A DNA stretch of 53,314 bases, from NCBI GenBank assembly GCA_964016885.1, contig CAXHJY010001398.1:1-53314 (forward strand). Direction: 5' to 3'. Shown piece by piece: positions 44,984-53,314 of the stretch (its first letter is position 1; the number at the start of each line of letters is the position of its first letter). Source of the stretch: Eledone cirrhosa (Eukaryota). Under the pieces are notes generated by a model. That model ran no database searches. It was not told where the DNA came from and worked only from the letters and a program-made list of their open reading frames with translations. Position numbers and translations under genes: made by a program.

Positions 44984-45144
44984 TGAGTTGAGATGGAGGG
45001 TCTGTGGTTTTTCTCACATCTGGTTGGTCTCTAAATGTTACTTGTTTTATATGGAAACAGTGGCTCGAAAGCCATGTTTTTCGAGAAGTAATTTGATTGG
45101 TTTGTCAATAATTATAATAAATTTCGCGCCAGTTCGCGTTACAA

Positions 45145-47232
45145 ATGACGATATCTCAGACTTCTGTAGAAAATTACGTCTCACAGAGGAATTCTTTGAC
45201 AAGGAGAATAACGACGAATCAATTGTACGGAATAAAAGCAGCTACAACCCAACAAAAGGTAGAAACAGAGTTCTGGACAAATTTTGTGACCACATAGCTA
45301 CCTTCCCATACCATGAACTACCGCAACCTAAACCCAAACCCAACACAAGTCGAAGGGAATGGGAGATTATCCATGAACTAAAAAACAATACGGACATTGT
45401 AATTAAGGAAGCGGACAAGGGAAGTACTGTTGTCATTATGGAGGCTGAAAAATATAAAAATTCTATGTTTTCTCTCTTACAAAATACTAATTACTATGAA
45501 AGAGTAAAAAACTACCAGCAATCAAAAATAATGACCAAATTAAACACACTGATTTATCGATACCAGGAAGACCTAACTAAAAAGGAACGCGATTATTTAA
45601 CAAATTTTGAATACAAAACCAGCAACCTTTACGGACTTCCGAAGATCCACAAATGTAAAATAATCAACGATGCCTGTAAACAATCCACCTCAGCCTGCGT
45701 GAACACACAATACCCCATAGACCTTAAATTAAGACCAATTGTAGCGGGCCCACAATGTGAAACACACAGATTGAGCAACTTTATAGACATACTACTGAAA
45801 CCAATACTGAAACACATACCAAGCCTTGTAAGAGACGATCTGGACCTCTTAAACCACCTCCCCAAACATGTCAACAACGACACTATTATTGTGTCTTTCG
45901 ATGTAGTGAATCTCTACACAACGATCCCACACCAATACGGACTAGAAGCAATAGGATTCTGGCTAGAGAAATATCCCAATGAGATACCTGACAGAATAGA
46001 AAAAAGCTTCATCACCGAGGGATTAAAATTCATCCTACAGAACAACTTTTTTGATTTCGATAGCAATACTTACAAGCAAATATCGGGGACTGCGATGGGC
46101 ACAAAAGCCGCTCCAACTTATGCCAACTTAGTCATGGCATACTTAGAAGTCCAGATATATGAACAGTCCAAATCAAAATACGGATTGAACTTCCACAAAT
46201 ATTTATCAGAGAATTGGAAACGCTACTTGGATGATTGCCTCATTCTTTGGTCCCACACACTCGACCAACTGAAGGATTTCAAAAACTTAATAAACGGCAT
46301 CAATAACCACATCCAATTCACAATGGAATACAGCCAAGATCAACTCCCATTTCTGGACATCTTAATCACAAAAAAAGACACAAATATCGAAACTGACATA
46401 CACTACAAACCAACAGATTCCAAACAATATCTGCTATTCACCTCCAACCATCCAAAGACGAACATTCCTTTTAACCTAGCAAGAAGAATTTGCACAATTG
46501 TCTCCAATTATGAAACGCGAAATAAAAGACTTCAAGAATTAAAGGAAATTCTACTTGAGAGAGAGTACCCACTATTACTAATAAATAATGGAATAGAAAG
46601 GGCTAAAGCAATAGGCATTGATGAATTACGGAAACAGAAACAAATTCAAGGTACGTCCAATATTCTATCATATATCTCAACACACAACCCAAGAAATGCG
46701 GAAGCTTACAACACTATTCCCACTACTAAAACAAAACCCAAGAATTAAAAAAGCCCTTGAAACACACAAAATAATCAAAATCACTGAACACATTACTCAC
46801 CAATGCCAAATTACCTACCACAAACCCACAACCAAGTATCAAAAAATGTGGTCGCTCTAATTGTGGAACCTCATTGAAGGCAACACGTATACATTTAAAT
46901 CAGGACAAAATTTTACTGTAAAATATCACTTCACTTGCTCATCAAAAAATCTAATTTATGCCATTAAATGTAAAGGATGCAATGAAGATTATATAGGACA
47001 AACTAAACTCACACTCAGAAACAGAATGACAGTTCATCGCCAACAATTACGAGATCCAACCACGAGACAGATACCACTAAGTGCACATCTAGACATTTGC
47101 GCAAGTAATAAGACACCCAAATTCCAAGTCTTCCCATTTTACCTTTGCGCTAACAATACAACAGAACAAATGCGAATAAATAAGGAAAATATGTTTATTC
47201 AAAAATATAGACCAACATTAAATAAGGTTTAA
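45145..47232 (+). pseudogene. PLE-7 RT + GIY-YIG endonuclease, 5'-truncated, with frameshifts around 46710-46865
   Basis: FCRKLRL, IKEADKGS, YGLPKIHK, LRPIV, SFDVVNLYTTIP, GTAMGTKAAPTYANL, RYLDD, FLDI; FTCSSKNLIYAIKCKGC..YIGQT..LRNRMTVH. Confidence 0.92.
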
Positions 47233-48133
47233 TATAGATTATGTCAACACCACAATATGACATACACACACACACATAACACCTTCTAGTTTAGAAAATA
47301 AAAACCCGAACTAAATAAACCTTAACATACGTTTGCACTGGCAATACAACAGCAAACACGAAAAAGTCAGGAAAATATGTTCATTCAAAAATATTCCTAC
47401 TAAAGGAATCACTTTCCTACACACACACATACACACACACACAATATATATATATATATATATATATTCTCTTCATCTTAACATGCTAACCATACTCCCA
47501 CACACATAACACCCATACACACACATAACAACCCCCACACCTACAACTCCCTCCCCATTTCTACTAATAGAACCACTTTCCTACACACATATATATATAC
47601 ACACACACAAAATATATATTCTCTTCATCTTAACATACTCGCACACACACACATAACACCCACACACACACACACACAACTCCCTCCCCCATCTCTACTA
47701 ATAGAATCATCTTCCAATACACACATACAAACACACACACACATATACACACACACAAGCACACAAATAAACACATATCTTCAGTCTCAATAGAAAATCT
47801 GAACTCTGACACCTGAACTCTGACAGCTGGCCATATTCACTGAACCAGAACATTTCTCCCAATCCCTTTTCCCTTGATCACTATCTCTCCATTGTCATAA
47901 CATTCACTATAAAGACTACAGAATAGTTTTCCAAATAAGGGCGCAAAAATGTAATGAAAACTTGTTAACATGACAGCCAAATTTCATTTATAACCAACCA
48001 AAAAGAGCCTTCGTGAGCCTCCTTTTTTCAAGTAAAAAGAATTTCAAACACTCATATATGAAAAAACAACCTGTGACACCCCCCCCCCCTCTCTTATTTG
48101 AAGAACTATTGTAACGCGAACTGGCGCGAAATT

Positions 48134-53312
<5,179 letters not shown>

Positions 53313-53314
53313 CA

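Overview
Eukaryotic (animal) heterochromatin-like DNA with no host gene. The SINEs resemble octopus families, so a cephalopod source is likely (from recollection, not a search). The window is a (TA)n microsatellite field densely filled with retroelements. It holds six ORF-bearing Penelope-like elements (PLEs): four of the YRDD / CxCx5CPLxxxC type (probably Hydra clade) and two of the RYLDD / Cys-linker type (probably Neptune clade). It also holds several ORF-less PLE 3'-end (pseudo-LTR) fragments, a degenerate CR1-group LINE, RTE-like LINE fragments and tRNA-derived SINEs. Reading both strands by eye gives 19 type I hammerhead ribozyme (HHR) motifs. Almost all have a short, family-specific palindromic stem III, and they include U3-A8 core variants, a non-cleavable GUG duplicate and a ~104-nt stem II. 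The strongest candidate for an undescribed system is an ORF-less, heavily base-paired 465-bp tandem unit with one HHR per monomer (11333-12307), a retrozyme/viroid-like circRNA candidate that probably parasitises the TA-targeting PLEs. Most insertions consist of two oppositely oriented arms whose 3' ends both point outward into TA, suggesting twin priming on a self-complementary target. Coordinates were counted by hand and may be off by a few nt; no searches or folding programs were run.
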